NCBI GenBank assembly: GCA_002104945.1
Contig: MCFH01000009.1
Coordinates: 1,116,001 to 1,180,000, forward strand
DNA from: Piromyces finnis finn
Lineage: Eukaryota; Fungi; Neocallimastigomycota
Direction: 5' to 3'
Length of the DNA: 64,000 nucleotides
Positions 26,401-40,267 of this stretch are shown in pieces (position 1 is the first letter of the stretch; every line of letters begins with the position of its first letter). Made by a program: the position numbers and the translations under genes. A model generated the notes under the pieces. The model saw only the letters and a list, made by a program, of their open reading frames with translations, ran no database searches and was not told the origin of the DNA.

Positions 26401-29400
26401 GAATAATAATAATAATAATAATTTTATTCTAAGGAAAATAATGGATAATGTTATTGATAATGAGGATTTAGATATTTTAAATAAAGCTTTAAAAAAGAAA
26501 GAAACTGAAATAAAAATATTAGAAACAGATAAAAAAGAACTAGAAATTGAACAAATGAAAATCCAAGAAAAATTAAAAGAAATCGAAAAAATAACAAATG
26601 ATACTAAAAGTAAAATTGATAATTATTTAAATCAAATTAAAATTTGTGAAAGTTTATTAGAAAAAAATAAGCAGCTTTTCCAAGAATTTAATAATAAATC
26701 AATAGAAATGAAAAATAAGATAAATTTAAAATCAAAATTAATTAGTACAATTTTTAGTGATATAAAAGGATATAAAGAAAAAATTTTAAATAAAAATGGA
26801 AACGCATTATTGGACAATAATAAAGATAATAATAATGAAGAAAAAAAATTAAAATCTTCATTGGAAAAAGTTATTGATAAAGCAAGAATAGAAGAGAATG
26901 AAAATAAAAAATTAAATTCAAAAAAACGTATTCCTGAAACATCAATGCTTGACGAATCCATAATAAAAAGGAAAAAAATAAATGAACTATCATTATTTGA
27001 TGAATTAATAAAGACAGATAAATTATCAATTAATACTAAAATGATAAAAATGAATTCTGAAAATAAAGAAATTAATAAAAATAATAATACTATTGAATTT
27101 TTATTTAAAAATAGATTTAGTTTTGAAAATATAAATGATACATTAAAAATATTAAAGGAAATAAAACAAATAAAATATATTAAAGATAATGAAATATTTT
27201 CAAACATTCAATCAACTGAAACTTTTAAAAATAAGAAATCAGAGGTAAAAATTATAAAATTTTATATTAGAAATAATGTATTTTAAGATTTCAAATATCT
27301 AATGCTTTATAAATGTTTTTATAATATTAATAATAATTTATTCTATAGATGAAAGTTAATGAAATGTCAAAAAAGAAATTTAAGCCATATAAAAGTATAT
27401 TATCAGGATTAAAAACCACACATTATAAAAATTTATTAAATGAAAGCGATGATAATATAATAGATAAAAAAAAGATTAATCCATTTAAAACATTATGTAT
27501 GTACGAAACTCTTGGAGGACAATGTAAAGATTCATCATGTCAGTCACAACATTTACGTGATATTGAACTTTCAGGTAGCAATCAAGCCTTTCTATTGATA
27601 TATAATTAGTTAAACATATATTTATAATGTTATTTTCCATATGATTCAAATTAATTAATATTATTTTTTTTTATAAAACTTAAAAATTAACATAGATGAT
27701 GAATACTTATGTAAGCTATTGAAAATATATATAATAAATAACAATAATATAAATGATTTAAAGGAGAGTTTACAAAAGATGAGAAAAAATAACGAATCAA
27801 TAAGCACTTTAACTTCATTTTTAATATCAAAAATTAATAAAAAAGATAATTTATCTTTTGATATCAATGACATATCAAATGAAAATTCAATCAATACACT
27901 AAATGACGAGGTAAATAAAAATGTTGATGTCGAAGAAAAATATGATGATAAATTAAAAATTAATAATAGTATTAATTTGGGATTTTACAGTCTATTGGAA
28001 AAAGAGAAAATACAGCGAGATAGGTATTTCAATAAAGAAATTTCATCGAATGAGTATGAGAAATTATTAAATAAAAATAGTAAAGATGTTGAACTTTGGA
28101 TAAAATATGCAGTATCTTTATTACCACCAGAAATTAATAAAGAAAATATTGGAAAATTAAACACAAAATTTGATAAAGCATTAAACATTTTATCAAGAGC
28201 ATTGGATCAAAATAATGATTCTTCAGCAATCTGGAATTTATATATGGATTTATATGTTCATAGAGAAGATGCTGAAAGTATAAGAGAAATATTTGAACAA
28301 TTGATATTTATCATTCCTAGAGAACCTTGGTGTGGATGGTCATTTTTAAGTTGGGAGAAAATTTATCAAAATAAAATTATTATATTGAAAAAAATGCTTA
28401 ATAATTTTATTAAAATTAACGAAGGTAAGAAATAAAAATTCATTACTTTTAACATTAATATAAATATGTAATCTATATAAAATTGTTTATTAAAATTATT
28501 ATATTTGTTTTAAATAGATCAAAAAAAGCATTCTCATTTAATATTAGAAATTTTAATTCATATCATAAAAACAATTGATAATAAAAAGGGAAATAAAGAA
28601 GCAAGAAAATTTTTTATGAAAGTTTTAAGCTCTCATAATAATGAAACATTAATTAATTGTTTTGAGGAAAATAAGCATTCATCAGACAATGAACAAACTG
28701 AAACTGAAACCGAAATAACAAAAACATATTTATTTAAAATATTAAAGTCAAAAGATTTTTTATTATTATATTTAATGTTTATTCATTTCTACGAATACAA
28801 CAGTTTTCCAGAGGAAATTTTCTTTGCTGGAAGTAGAACTTATTTAATTCATGATGAGTTATTCACAATTAAATGGGGAGATTCAAAACCAAAGGAATTT
28901 GACAGATACATTAATATTTTTGAAAATTTATTAAATAAATGGCCAGTTAATGAGAAAATAGAAAATAATGAAGTTTATTTAGCAATATGGATAAACTTCA
29001 TGAATTTAGGAAAATTCTTCAATTTCGATAAATTAAATTCTAAAGTTTTAAAGCTTTTAGAAAATAAAAATGAAACTATTAAAGAAATTGTATTTTCTTT
29101 ACAAAAAGAACATAAATTTAAACAAGATATGGTAATAATATAAAATAGATATTATCCTAATTTAAAATTTATAATTAATAATTATATTATCATTACTTTC
29201 TTTACTGATAATAATTATATAAATGAAAAATTTTAAATATCATAATAGAACGCAGAAGAATTACATAATTATTTAAAATTACATCCAGACAACCCATCCT
29301 TATGGCTAAAGATGATTCAACACTTTATTAATAATAATGAAAGTGAAAAAGCAAATTTATGCATTATTGAATCTATAAAACAATATTTTAATTTTGTAAA

Positions 29401-29909
29401 AATTCAATGAATCTTATATTTTCATACAATCTAAATCTTTTTCCTTTTTAATTTGATATGTTTATAGTTTTAATCAAATACTCTTTTGATTAATATAAAT
29501 ATTTTAATTAAATTTTCAGAAAATATATTTTAGAGAAATTTAATTCCTTATTATATCTTTTATATATATATATTATATTGTATATATTTTTATATATTCT
29601 ATACAATCTTAGAATGAATATCAAAATACTTTCGAGAGTAATAATGAATCTGAATTGAAACTATCTTTAAATCTATATAAAAAATTATTGGGATTACCTT
29701 TACCATATGACATTATTTTACCATCTTTAAAAGATGAGTTTACTAAAATTATCAGATATTTACAAAACGATATAAATATCATATTTAATTATTTGATTTT
29801 CATATCATATAATAGAGATATAGAAGAAAATCCATTACAACAAACTATCAATGATTTAACCTATAATTTATTATTAAATAATTCAAAATTTTCAATATTT
29901 ATTAAGTAA

Positions 29910-29980
<71 letters not shown>

Positions 29981-30729
29981 GCAGCTATTGAAACGGTTAA
30001 CTAATATAATATTTATTAAATAATAAAAGTTACTTATGTAAAAATAATTTTAATACTATGAAAGCTAAAGTTGATTTTATAGAAAGTTTCAAAAATATAA
30101 AAACAAATATTGAATTCCAATATCTCTATGAAAAAAATAATGAATCCAATTATAAATTTATGCATTTGATACCATCAAAAGTAGAAGAAAATAAATATAT
30201 AAATAAATCGTTAATAACATAGAATTAAAATATTAATATATATTATATATACAAAGAATTATTTATTATTTAATATAATTTTAGATTTATATATAGACGA
30301 ATTTAAGAAAGTTGATAAAACTGAAATTATAGATATTTTATATAAGAAATATCCAGATAACCGAAAACTAATCATACAGTAAGTAAAATTTAATGGTGTT
30401 TTGTTTATTTTAAAAATATATTTCTTTTATAAAAGGATTTAAAGTTTGTTTGTTTGTTTGTTTTTAGAATTTAAAATACATAATTATTATTTTAATAATA
30501 TTTTTTTAAAAAAAAAAAAAAAAAAAAAGACAAGTAAAACAATTATCTGAAGCAGGTCAATTTAAACAAGTAGAGAAAATTGTTAATTATTCATTACAGT
30601 TATACCCAGATATGGCATATCTAAACCAAATGTAAGTTTCTTTTTAATGGTTATTTTTTGTTAAAAATGAAATATAAATATTATATGTAGTATATTAGAT
30701 CTGACAATAAGTATAAAAAAATAATATAA
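23430..30729 (+). CDS. ZFC3H1: ZFC3H1/Red1-like nuclear exosome adaptor scaffold (zf-C3H1 finger plus C-terminal HAT/TPR-like repeats); 3' end approximate
   Basis: N-terminal EEGEIEEREEGEITDD, a Q/P-rich low-complexity region, coiled coil, zinc finger LCMYETLGGQCKDSSCQSQHLRDI (27490-27570), and ALNILSRALDQNNDSSAIWNLYMDLY resembling human ZFC3H1 ALNVLARALENNKDNPEIWCHY as recalled. Confidence 0.78.
24216..24402 (+). repeat. Coding 12-bp minisatellite (cctcaaatacaa)n encoding (PQIQ)n in the ZFC3H1-like gene
   Basis: About 15 near-perfect units; variants encode TQIQ, PRIQ and PQMQ. Confidence 0.95.
29910..29979. repeat. (AAT)n intronic microsatellite
   Basis: About 23 AAT units just after a GTAAG donor in the ZFC3H1-like gene. 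Confidence 0.9.
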
Positions 30730-31213
30730 ATAATTAATTTTTTATTTTTTTTTTTTTTTTTTTAATCACCATAATTATTTAAAGAATTAATAGCAATAAA
30801 AAAAGAAATATGTGTTAATATGCTTTTTTATGAAAAAAAAGGTTTTGAAATGTTTATTATTATTTATATACAAAAATATGTTATTATCTGGTGAATAATA
30901 TTATTTAATTAATAATATATTAAATTTTTCTTTATACAATATATCTTTATATTATCTATAAGTTATTATTTTTGACTTTTAATTAAATAAATATACTTTA
31001 TTCTTTTTTTTTTAAGCATTATTTTGATTTATTATCTCAATATATATAAATTTTTAAAATACAAGTTTTCTTATTTTCTTAATTATTTATTCATTTATAC
31101 AACTTAGAAAGTAATAAATAAAACAAAATATTACAAAACAAATAAAATATATATTAATAACATTTTAAAAGAAAATGTGTTAAGTTTATTTACTTAAACT
31201 AAATTGTTTTTGT

Positions 31214-31215
31214 AT

Positions 31216-31270
<55 letters not shown>

Positions 31271-31271
31271 T
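31214..31271. repeat. (TTTA)n tetranucleotide microsatellite
   Basis: About 14 units between the convergent ZFC3H1-like and ATG5 genes. Confidence 0.9.
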
Positions 31272-31398
31272 TGTTAGTTGCTGTTGTTACCATTGTTTTT
31301 GTTGATAATTGAAATTAAAATACTATATAAATTTTATATTTTCATTTTTATTTAAAATCTAAATTATTTTATTAATTTTTGCTTACAGATAATTTTTT

Positions 31399-32336
31399 TT
31401 ACTCTTTTATTTGTTTTATAACTATATGAAGCCAATTATCTGGATAAGAAAGATATTGACCTAGCCATAATAATGGGGTATCAATGGATATATTCAATCC
31501 ATGAAGAATAAACCGATAATTATCAAAATTACTATTTTCATTGAAATCTTCTGAGCACCAGGATAAAATTAAATTTTTTAAGGTGATGCCTTCTTCGTTT
31601 ATATCAACTATAAATAATATATTAATAAAAATTAATAAGTATATATATATATTTCAAAAAAAAAATAAAAATAATAATAATAATAATAATAATAAATTAT
31701 ATTTACCAAATCTTTCCTGTATTACTGTGTTATTATAATATATTCTAGCGGATATATTTAACCAAGGTGTATTAGCTAATAGCTTACTATTAATATTCCA
31801 AAAGTTTTTAAAATCCACTATTTTAATATTTTAATAATATATGTTATTGATTTTTTTTATTATCAAATGTTAAATTAATATGAAATATATAATTTATATA
31901 TATTATAAAACATACATTTGCATAAACTATTCCATAATGATGATTGATCTTCTAATGAAAGGCACATTATTTTATTAGCATTACCATATCTCATATAATC
32001 AGACTTGTATAATGAAAATATTTAATAAAAAATATTATAAATAAATATACTATTATTTCTAAAATTTAGAGATAAGAATATAATTCTTATTCTTATTATT
32101 ATTATTATATACCTCTTTCAATGTTGTAAAATAAGTATCCTTTAATGTATCTAGATTTTTGAATTTTAATAATTTATTTTTTGGAAAATCTGAGAAATGA
32201 ATTGTAATTTCCCATGGTAATATTGATTTTTCAGAATTTTGGGAATTTTCGAAAATATCATATAATAAGCCAACAGCATAATGCCTATATAAACATATAA
32301 ATGTTATAATTATTATTATTATTATTATTATTATTA

Positions 32337-32379
<43 letters not shown>

Positions 32380-32401
32380 GTTTATTATTATTATTATTAT
32401 G

Positions 32402-32448
<47 letters not shown>

Positions 32449-33198
32449 GTTTAAAAAAAATGAAAAAAAAAAAAAAAAAAAGCAACAACAAAAAAAACCC
32501 TATTGTGAATTATTGTCAAGTAATTAACTGATAAATATCTGCTTATCAATTTAATATTTGACACATATTAATAATAATAAGTAATTTAGATGTAAATATT
32601 ACATATCATATAAATTACTTATTATAAACATTAGTATACATCAATTTATATAATACCATTTTAGGGGGATATCATTATATGAAAACCATATATCATTTTC
32701 ATTCTCTATAATTTTCCTTTTAATAAAGTAATTTGCTATTTCCGTAGTATATATGGGTAAATATGAACAGCGGGGTATATTTATCTATATTTGAATAACA
32801 ATTATTTTAATGAAAGTAATTATGAACAATTTTTATTTTAAATTGAATCAAAAATTTAATGTATATAATTATTTTATTATTGTTCATTTCATAATAAAAA
32901 ATCATTTAGAATATAAAAAAAAAAAAAGATATATATGAAATATAATTTATTTTGATTCAATAACATTAAAAATAAAAAGGTATTAGTAAAATTATTAATT
33001 AAAAAGTATTATTAATTACAAATTATTTAAACTTTTTTTTACATAATAGATTGGTTCGTAGTCAATAGTATTTGGTATTTTTAATTTATCTTCTTTCGCA
33101 ATTACAATTTTTATAGGAATATTTCCATTAAAAACTTTTTCTCTTATTTTTTCAAAAGGATAATTAATTTCCTCAGTTACATTATTATCATTGTCCAT
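31399..33198 (-). CDS. ATG5: Autophagy protein Atg5, multi-exon
   Basis: Exons: REKVFNGNIPIKI; IWFSYNDIPLKW|HYAVGLLYD; LPWEITIHFSDFP; LEDQSSLWNSL; IHGLNISIDTPLLWLGQYLSYPDNWLHIV (canonical Atg5 C-terminus). Stop at 31399-31401. Confidence 0.92.
32306..32447. repeat. Long interrupted (TTA)n microsatellite in an ATG5 intron
   Basis: About 140 bp of TTA with TTG/TGT interruptions; source of spurious ORFs 32285-32491 and 32337-32531. Confidence 0.95.
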
Positions 33199-34221
33199 TA
33201 TTTAAAACGTTATGTTAATTCTTTTTATTTTTTATTTCTATTTTATTATTTACTTCACTGTTCTTTTTTTTTTTAAAAAAAAAAAAAAAATAAAAAGAAA
33301 AGAATTACAGTATAAATAAAACTTTAAATAATAATAAAATAAACTTTATTAAATTTTGTTTTAATTAATATAAAAATAAATAGATTTATTTAAATAAATA
33401 AAATATATAATTGATGAATGTGTGAAACATACATATATACAATAAAATATAAAATATTTCGAAGCATATTAAAAATCATAATGTAATATTTTTATTTATG
33501 TTACATCATATATAAATTAGTATGACTTGACATTTATTTCAAAATCTTGTCACTTTTAAATTTTATATATTTTATAATTATTATATTTAAAAATATTATT
33601 AAACATAATAATTACAAAAGCATTTAATATTATAAATAATAACAAAAAATAAGAATTCCAACTAAATCCTATATTTAAAATAAAAAAAAATAAAAATAAA
33701 ATAGTAATATAATAAAATACTCAGAAGTTATTAAAATTTAAAGAAAACTCTGAAGCTTAGAATGCTTTAGTTTTTAACTATTATTATAAATGTCAGAAAT
33801 ATAGATTATATTAGATACCAAAATTTCGTTTATAATATGAAATAGAAGTCGAGGATCTCTATAGTATAAAATAGAGACATTAATTTCAATTATAAATATA
33901 TAATTTTATTATTAACATACAATTTATAAAAAAAAATCGTATCTATTATATAATTATTTGATTAATTTTATAGAAAAATGAAAAATGAAAATAATAAAAT
34001 AATTATAAATAAAGTTTATTTTTTGAATTATATATTAAATTAAAAGAATGTATTTAAATAATATTTTTTTTTTTTTTTTTACTTTATTATAAGTATATTA
34101 TATAAATAGAAATTAAGAAATATGGTAATAGCAATAATTTAATAATATTAATATTTTAATGTATGATAAATTAATTTTAATATATAAAACTTTATATATT
34201 CATTTAAATAAATAGGCGAAT

Positions 34222-36612
34222 ATGGAAGAAATAAAGAAATATATAAATGAACAAGAAAAGATTCTCTATGATGAATTGTTTAACTTAAGCATTGATGTAA
34301 GTTCTACATTAATTTTTAAAATTTAAAATGTATCAATTAAAATAATATCTTTTCAAAATATAATATGCTTCTGTATTCTTTAAATAATAAAATAATTGAT
34401 TTTGTATACATATATCTGAATTAAAATAAAAAAAAATAAGATTCACGAACATCCAGAACTTTCTTGGAAAGAATTTCACGCACATGAAGTTTTAACTAAT
34501 TTTATGGAAAAACATGGCTTTAAAGTAACTCGTCATGCATTTGATTTAGAAACTGCATTTGTAGCTGAATTTTCTACTGGAGAAGGTACAAATGTTGGTT
34601 ACTGTAGTGAGTAAGTAAAAATTATATTTAATTAAAAGTAGTTATTTATAATTTGTTTAAAATTAATTAGAAATTATAAAAATTCAATGAATTTATTTTT
34701 ATTATTAAAATATTAAATTTAAAATAGATATGATGCTTTACCAAATATCGGTCATGGTTGTGGTCATAATTTAATTGCTATATCAGGTGTTACTGCTGCA
34801 CTTGGTAATTATAATAATTAATCAATGTATATATTGTTTCCATTATTACATTTTTCTAATTTTAACCATAAATTACTTATATTAATAGAAACCAAGCTTG
34901 TTCTTGAAAAATTTAATATAAAAGGTAAAAAAAATATTGAGAAATGAATAATAATATATGATATTTTATTTACTTTTTTATTATTTTAACTTTGATAATA
35001 TATAAACATTTTTATATGTTTTAATTTATTTTTTATCTTTTTTGCTTTTTTCAATTATAGGTACTGTTAGACTTTATGGTACACCAGGTAACTAGATTTT
35101 TTTATTTTAAAAGATATGAAATTTAAATGTAATTTAATATCATTAATATTTAACTTTATTTCCACTTGATAAACAAATTAATGTATAGCTGAAGAAGGTG
35201 AAGGAGGTAAAGTCTATATGGTTGAACGTAATGCATTTGATAATTCTGACGTTATGATGATGCTTCATCCGGGTACAATTGATTACAATTATCCAATTTA
35301 CTTAGCTTTAGATACTATTAAAGTTGAATATTTCGGCCGTGGATGTCATGGTTCTATTCCATACGAAGGTATTAATGCATTAGATGCTATTGTTTCAGCT
35401 TATACTAACATTGGTTTATTACGTCAATACATGCAACCAACTTCCAGGTATTTACCAAATTAATTTTAATAAATATCTTTAAAATTTTTTTTTCTTTTCT
35501 TTATTTTTCTCTTTAATATATAATATATAATATTTATTATTTATTATTCATTACTATTAATAAAACAAAAGAATTCACGGTATTATTACTAACGGTGGTG
35601 TTTACCCAAATATTATTCCAGACTATACCAGGTACATAATAATAATTAAACATATAAAATTCTTTTTTTTTTTTTTTTTTATTTATTATTAGACTAATAT
35701 GAATTTTATAATTTATTTTTAAAATATATATAAATATTAGTGGTCAATTCTGTAAGTCATTACTTTATGTAATAATTGATGTTAAAAATATATTTTTATA
35801 ATAAGTTATTAATATAAAATTTGTTATAATAATTGATATAGATGTTAGAGCTATAAATAAGAGTGAACTTAAAGAATTAACTGAAAAGGTAAAGAATATT
35901 TTTGAAGCTGCTGGTTTAGCAACTGGTTGTAAATGCAAGGTAAATCTAAATAATTAATAAAATTACAATATAAAATTTTTAATATATTTATCATAAATAT
36001 ATGTATAACACTTGTTTATATATTTTTAATAATAATGATAATGATAATAATAAAAGATTACTATGGACAAGCAAATGGCTGATATTCAAAATAATAGTTT
36101 CTTATCTGATACTTATAAAGAATTTATGGAAGCTGAAGGTGTTTCTATTCCTGACAGAGAAACACAACGTAAGTATAATAATATAGAACAAAATAAATAA
36201 AAAAAAAAAAAGAAATCAATTAATAATTATTAACAAAATGTATAATTTAAAATTACTATTAGAAAAGAAATCTTGGGGTTCAACTGATATGGGTAATGTA
36301 ACTTATGTTAAGCCATCTTTTCATAATGTAAGGAATTAAAACAGTATTTTATAAATTTACATACAAAAAAAAAAAAAAAAAATAAAATTAAAAATCTAAT
36401 TAAAAAAAAAAAAAAAAAAAAAGATTGTCAATGTAGGTTGTCAAGGTCATGATATTCACACTGAAGCTTTTAGAGATAATGCTAAAACTCCAGAAGCTTT
36501 CCAAAAAATGATCAGAGGAGCTAAATGTATGGCTTTAACTGGTATTAAAGTTTTAAGTAAGTAATTAAAAAATAAAGAAAAAAAGAAAAAGATTATTTTA
36601 TTTTTTTATAAA

Positions 36613-36649
<37 letters not shown>

Positions 36650-36753
36650 TTAATACTTTACTATATATATTTCTTTAAATATCTTTTACAGCTGATCCTG
36701 AATTGTTAAAGAATGCTCAAGAAGAATTCAAGCAATTAATAGCAAGTCAATAA
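34222..36753 (+). CDS. M20-family amidohydrolase/peptidase (PM20D2/ACY1L2-like), more than ten introns
   Basis: [92 protein letters not shown] at 34222, TAA at 36751-36753. Confidence 0.9.
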
Positions 36754-37256
36754 AATAAATAAGTTAAAAATCACATATTTAAACAAACAAGTAAAAAAAA
36801 TAATAAATAATGAAATTACTATGAAATAAATATAATATATAAAATAATAATAATAAGTACAAAAATAAAAATACAAAAATAAATATAATAATACTGTAAA
36901 AATAATTATTAATACAATTAAAATAAATAAAAATAAAATTCAATGAGATTAATTGCACTAACATTACACCAAATAAAAAAAAATCTTATAAAATATTTAT
37001 TGTGTTTATTATTATTTTTATTATTATTGTTTTAATAGATTAAGAGATTAATAGTAATGGTTGATGTTGTTTCTGATTAATACTATAACATAATAAAATA
37101 TAAAGTTATAATATATATTATTAATATATTTAAAAAAAAGGAAAAAGATAATAATGATAATATGGATTTAATTTTATAGTGGTTAATAAAATATTAAAGT
37201 GTTGAAAGACAACTTATATATTGTTAATATTTTTTGATTTGATTTATTGTTTTTAA

Positions 37257-38262
37257 TTAACTCTTTGCAACAAAATTCTGAAAAGCTAACCCGTAAAGCA
37301 AAGGTCTATTTTAAGAAAATAAAAAAAAATATTAGTTTCTCATATCATAATTATTATTTTTGTTGTTATTATCATTATGATATAAAAAATACTATAATTA
37401 CAATTGTTGATTATCTTTATCAAGTTTAACTTTTAGTTCTTTTGTTAAAAAATTTTTATCCAAGGCTTCGTTTGGTTGATTTGATTCTAAATAATAATAT
37501 ATATAAATAACACATATTCTTAAATATAATTGTGTTGCTGATATATACAAAAAGTGAAAATAGATAATATTTTTTACCTGCTAGAAAAACAGATAATGCA
37601 AATTTATAATTATTGAACTATAATATATATAATACGAATAAATGAATTATGACATAAAAAGAATATAATTCAAAAATTAAGAATAGAAAAGACAGTATAC
37701 AGAAAAGGATAAAATAAAACATTTATTTATTTAGTTTCGTATAGATATGAATTAATAATAAATAATTTATATAATTACAAAACATATTTCATTACCTCTA
37801 AATATCTTTGTTTTTTTTTTTATTTTAGAAAATTAAATATATAACAAGTTTTTGTTATATATATATATTAAATGCATTGATATTAGTGACATGAAAGAAT
37901 AAATTTATTATTCATTATTCATTATAGCTTGCTTGCTTTTTCTTTTTTTTTTTCATTTACTTATTTATTATATGTTATTTACTTTTACTTACTCTCGTAT
38001 TAGTTCATTAACAATCAAATTTTCATATGATAATTTTGGCTTTTCCTGATCTTCATCATCAATTGATTTAAACACTTCACTTCGTATATTAGCTTTTATT
38101 TTATTTATAACACCTTTCACTTGAAGCGATTCTTTTAAAACTTTTTATTTTATATTCAAATTAATTTCACAAGACATTAACTATTAAATTATTATATATT
38201 TTATATTTTAATGTTTAATTTTTTATTTTCATACCTTCTTTTAAGTCTTCGTATGTTGCCAT
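37257..38262 (-). CDS. CEP20: CEP20/FOR20 (FOPNL) LisH-domain centriole/basal-body protein, about 119 aa, six exons
   Basis: Spliced: MATYEDLKEVLKESLQVKGVINKIKANIRSEVFKSIDDEDQEKPKLSYENLIVNELIREYLEFNNYKFALSVFLAESNQP...LPLLYGL, collinear with recalled human FOPNL MATVAELKAVLKDTLEKKGVL...ENLLINELIREYLEFNKYKYTASVLIAESGQP. Absent from the supplied ORF track. Confidence 0.9.
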
Positions 38263-40267
38263 CTTTCTAATCTATAATATAGTTGTAATAAGTAATATGT
38301 AATAATACAAAAAGACTTTTTTTTTTTAACTATTTTATAATAAACTTTTTTAAAAAAAAAATTAATTATATGTAACAATAAAAATATTTTAATTATATTA
38401 AAATTTAAAATTTTAATTAATTTTTTTCTTTATAAATTTTAAAAAAAATAAATTAAAATTTAGTTATTCATTATTTTACATTTTATTAAAGTTTTATTTG
38501 CTTTATTGAGAATAAAGCAAATAAAGCAGTAGAAAATAAAATTATATAAATAAAACAATTTTACAATCCATATCGCTTTAACAATTATTAAATATACATA
38601 TTTAACAATGGAAAATATTTTTATTACATTTAATTTTAAAAAAATACCGATTTAGTATAATACAAAATATTTTTCACTTTCTTGAATTGTTATTGTTAAA
38701 ACGTTAAAGCTTCATTTACAAGAAAACTTTTAAATATTAAATAATAAAGTAATTATTTAAATTAAAAGAACCATTTATTTTTAAATCATTAAAATTATTC
38801 ATCCACGTATGTTAATAAAAAATTTGAATTAGTAAAGAAATATTAAAACCTACTAAAAAAAATGATATTTGGAATTGGAATAATTAATTATAATATTGAA
38901 TACATATTATATTGGTAAATTTATAAATATTTTCAATTCATTATTATGCCTATATTACTATATTAGCAACTTCTGGTCTAAACCCAGATTAATTAGAGCA
39001 AACAATGGAAAGGTATGAAGTACAATTCTCTAACAAGTACTAATTTTTTTAAATGAATTTCTTTGAATTTTTCCAAAGATAAAAAAAATAATAATAAATA
39101 AATTCTTCAAAACTTCGTTAAGTTATTAATAACTTTAATAACTATTATTATTATTTTTTTTTTTTTTTTATTAACTATTATACTGAGAAATTCCTTATCA
39201 AATAAAACAATTAGATATTTTTTCAATTATTAAGAATGTGAAAAAAAGATAGCTAGCATTTTATTTAATTATTAATTTTTTATTAATTTTTTATTTATTT
39301 ATATATATACATATATATATAGCAAGTCTTTTATAATTATAAAAGACAAAGTTTACAAAGGATTTTTTTAATACATGTTTTAAAACAATATAAAATACTG
39401 TGTTATTGTATTTTTTTTTAAAAAATCTATGTTCTGCTCTTCTTTTTTTTATCTTATTATTATTTTTTTTTTTATTATTTTTTTACAGTGAAAAATAGTG
39501 ACTTCTTAATTTTTTTGTTTTGTCTTTTTTGGAAAGAATCAGGATTTTCGTATAATTTACTAATGGTGATACATTTTTTTGCAATTATTTTTGGGGGCAC
39601 TATACTTTTGAATTAAAAAAAAAAAAAAAAGATATAAAAAATTTAGATATCTCTGTTTCTATCAATTACAATAATTATAAAATTAATTTTAATCAATATT
39701 GTTAATCCTATAAAAATTTTTTTTGTTTTAATTTCTAAAATTCTAAATGTCTTAATAATAAAAAACAAATATTTTAAATATAAAAGTTAAAATTATTTAA
39801 TAAAAAAAAAATATATATACAAATATTTATTTTATTTATATATTTTTTCAAAACAAATAAGTTAAATAAATATATATATATTTCTATTTTATTCTTTTTT
39901 CTCTATATTTCTTTTCTTTTTTATCATTAATTTCAAAATAAAATAAACAATAAGTCTTATATAAAAATATTTTATATTTTCAATAATAAACTCTTTATTT
40001 TTATTATAGGGTTTTCGGGGAATAATAGTTTGATTATATTTAAAGTTATATAAAAAAATTAATTAATGTATTTTTTGTAATTTTTATATTTTTAATAAAA
40101 ATTGTTAATTTTACTTATTATTTTTCGTGTAAATTTAATTATAAATAATTATTATAAAAAATAAAAAAAAAAAGATATTAAATTACTGCGTTTCTATATA
40201 GACTAAGACTAGTTTATATACTAGTATTGTATAAATTAAATAGGTTGATTTCAGAACTGAGAATATT

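Noticed and set aside
25410-28188. Several minus-strand ORFs (25410, 25534, 26632, 27661, 27985)
   Set aside because: They overlap long plus-strand exons of the ZFC3H1-like gene and have no independent motifs.
1-30729. SKI2 and ZFC3H1, both exosome cofactors, lie within 30 kb
   Set aside because: They act in different compartments and are separated by unrelated genes; coincidence is the simplest explanation.
32285-32531. Poly-Asn and poly-Leu ORFs
   Set aside because: Translations of an intronic (TTA)n microsatellite in ATG5.
33865-33890. Small hairpin tctctat-N8-atagaga between ATG5 and the M20 gene
   Set aside because: A 7-bp AT-rich stem is expected by chance; no RNA family motifs nearby.
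34222-36753. M20 amidohydrolase as a possible bacterial horizontal transfer (AbgB-like)
   Set aside because: It is intron-rich and resembles eukaryotic PM20D2-type proteins; nothing in the sequence supports recent transfer.
39535-39610. Sm-site-like and G-rich sequence (aattatttttggggg) considered as an snRNA
   Set aside because: No match to recalled U1, U2, U4, U5 or U6 conserved elements on either strand.
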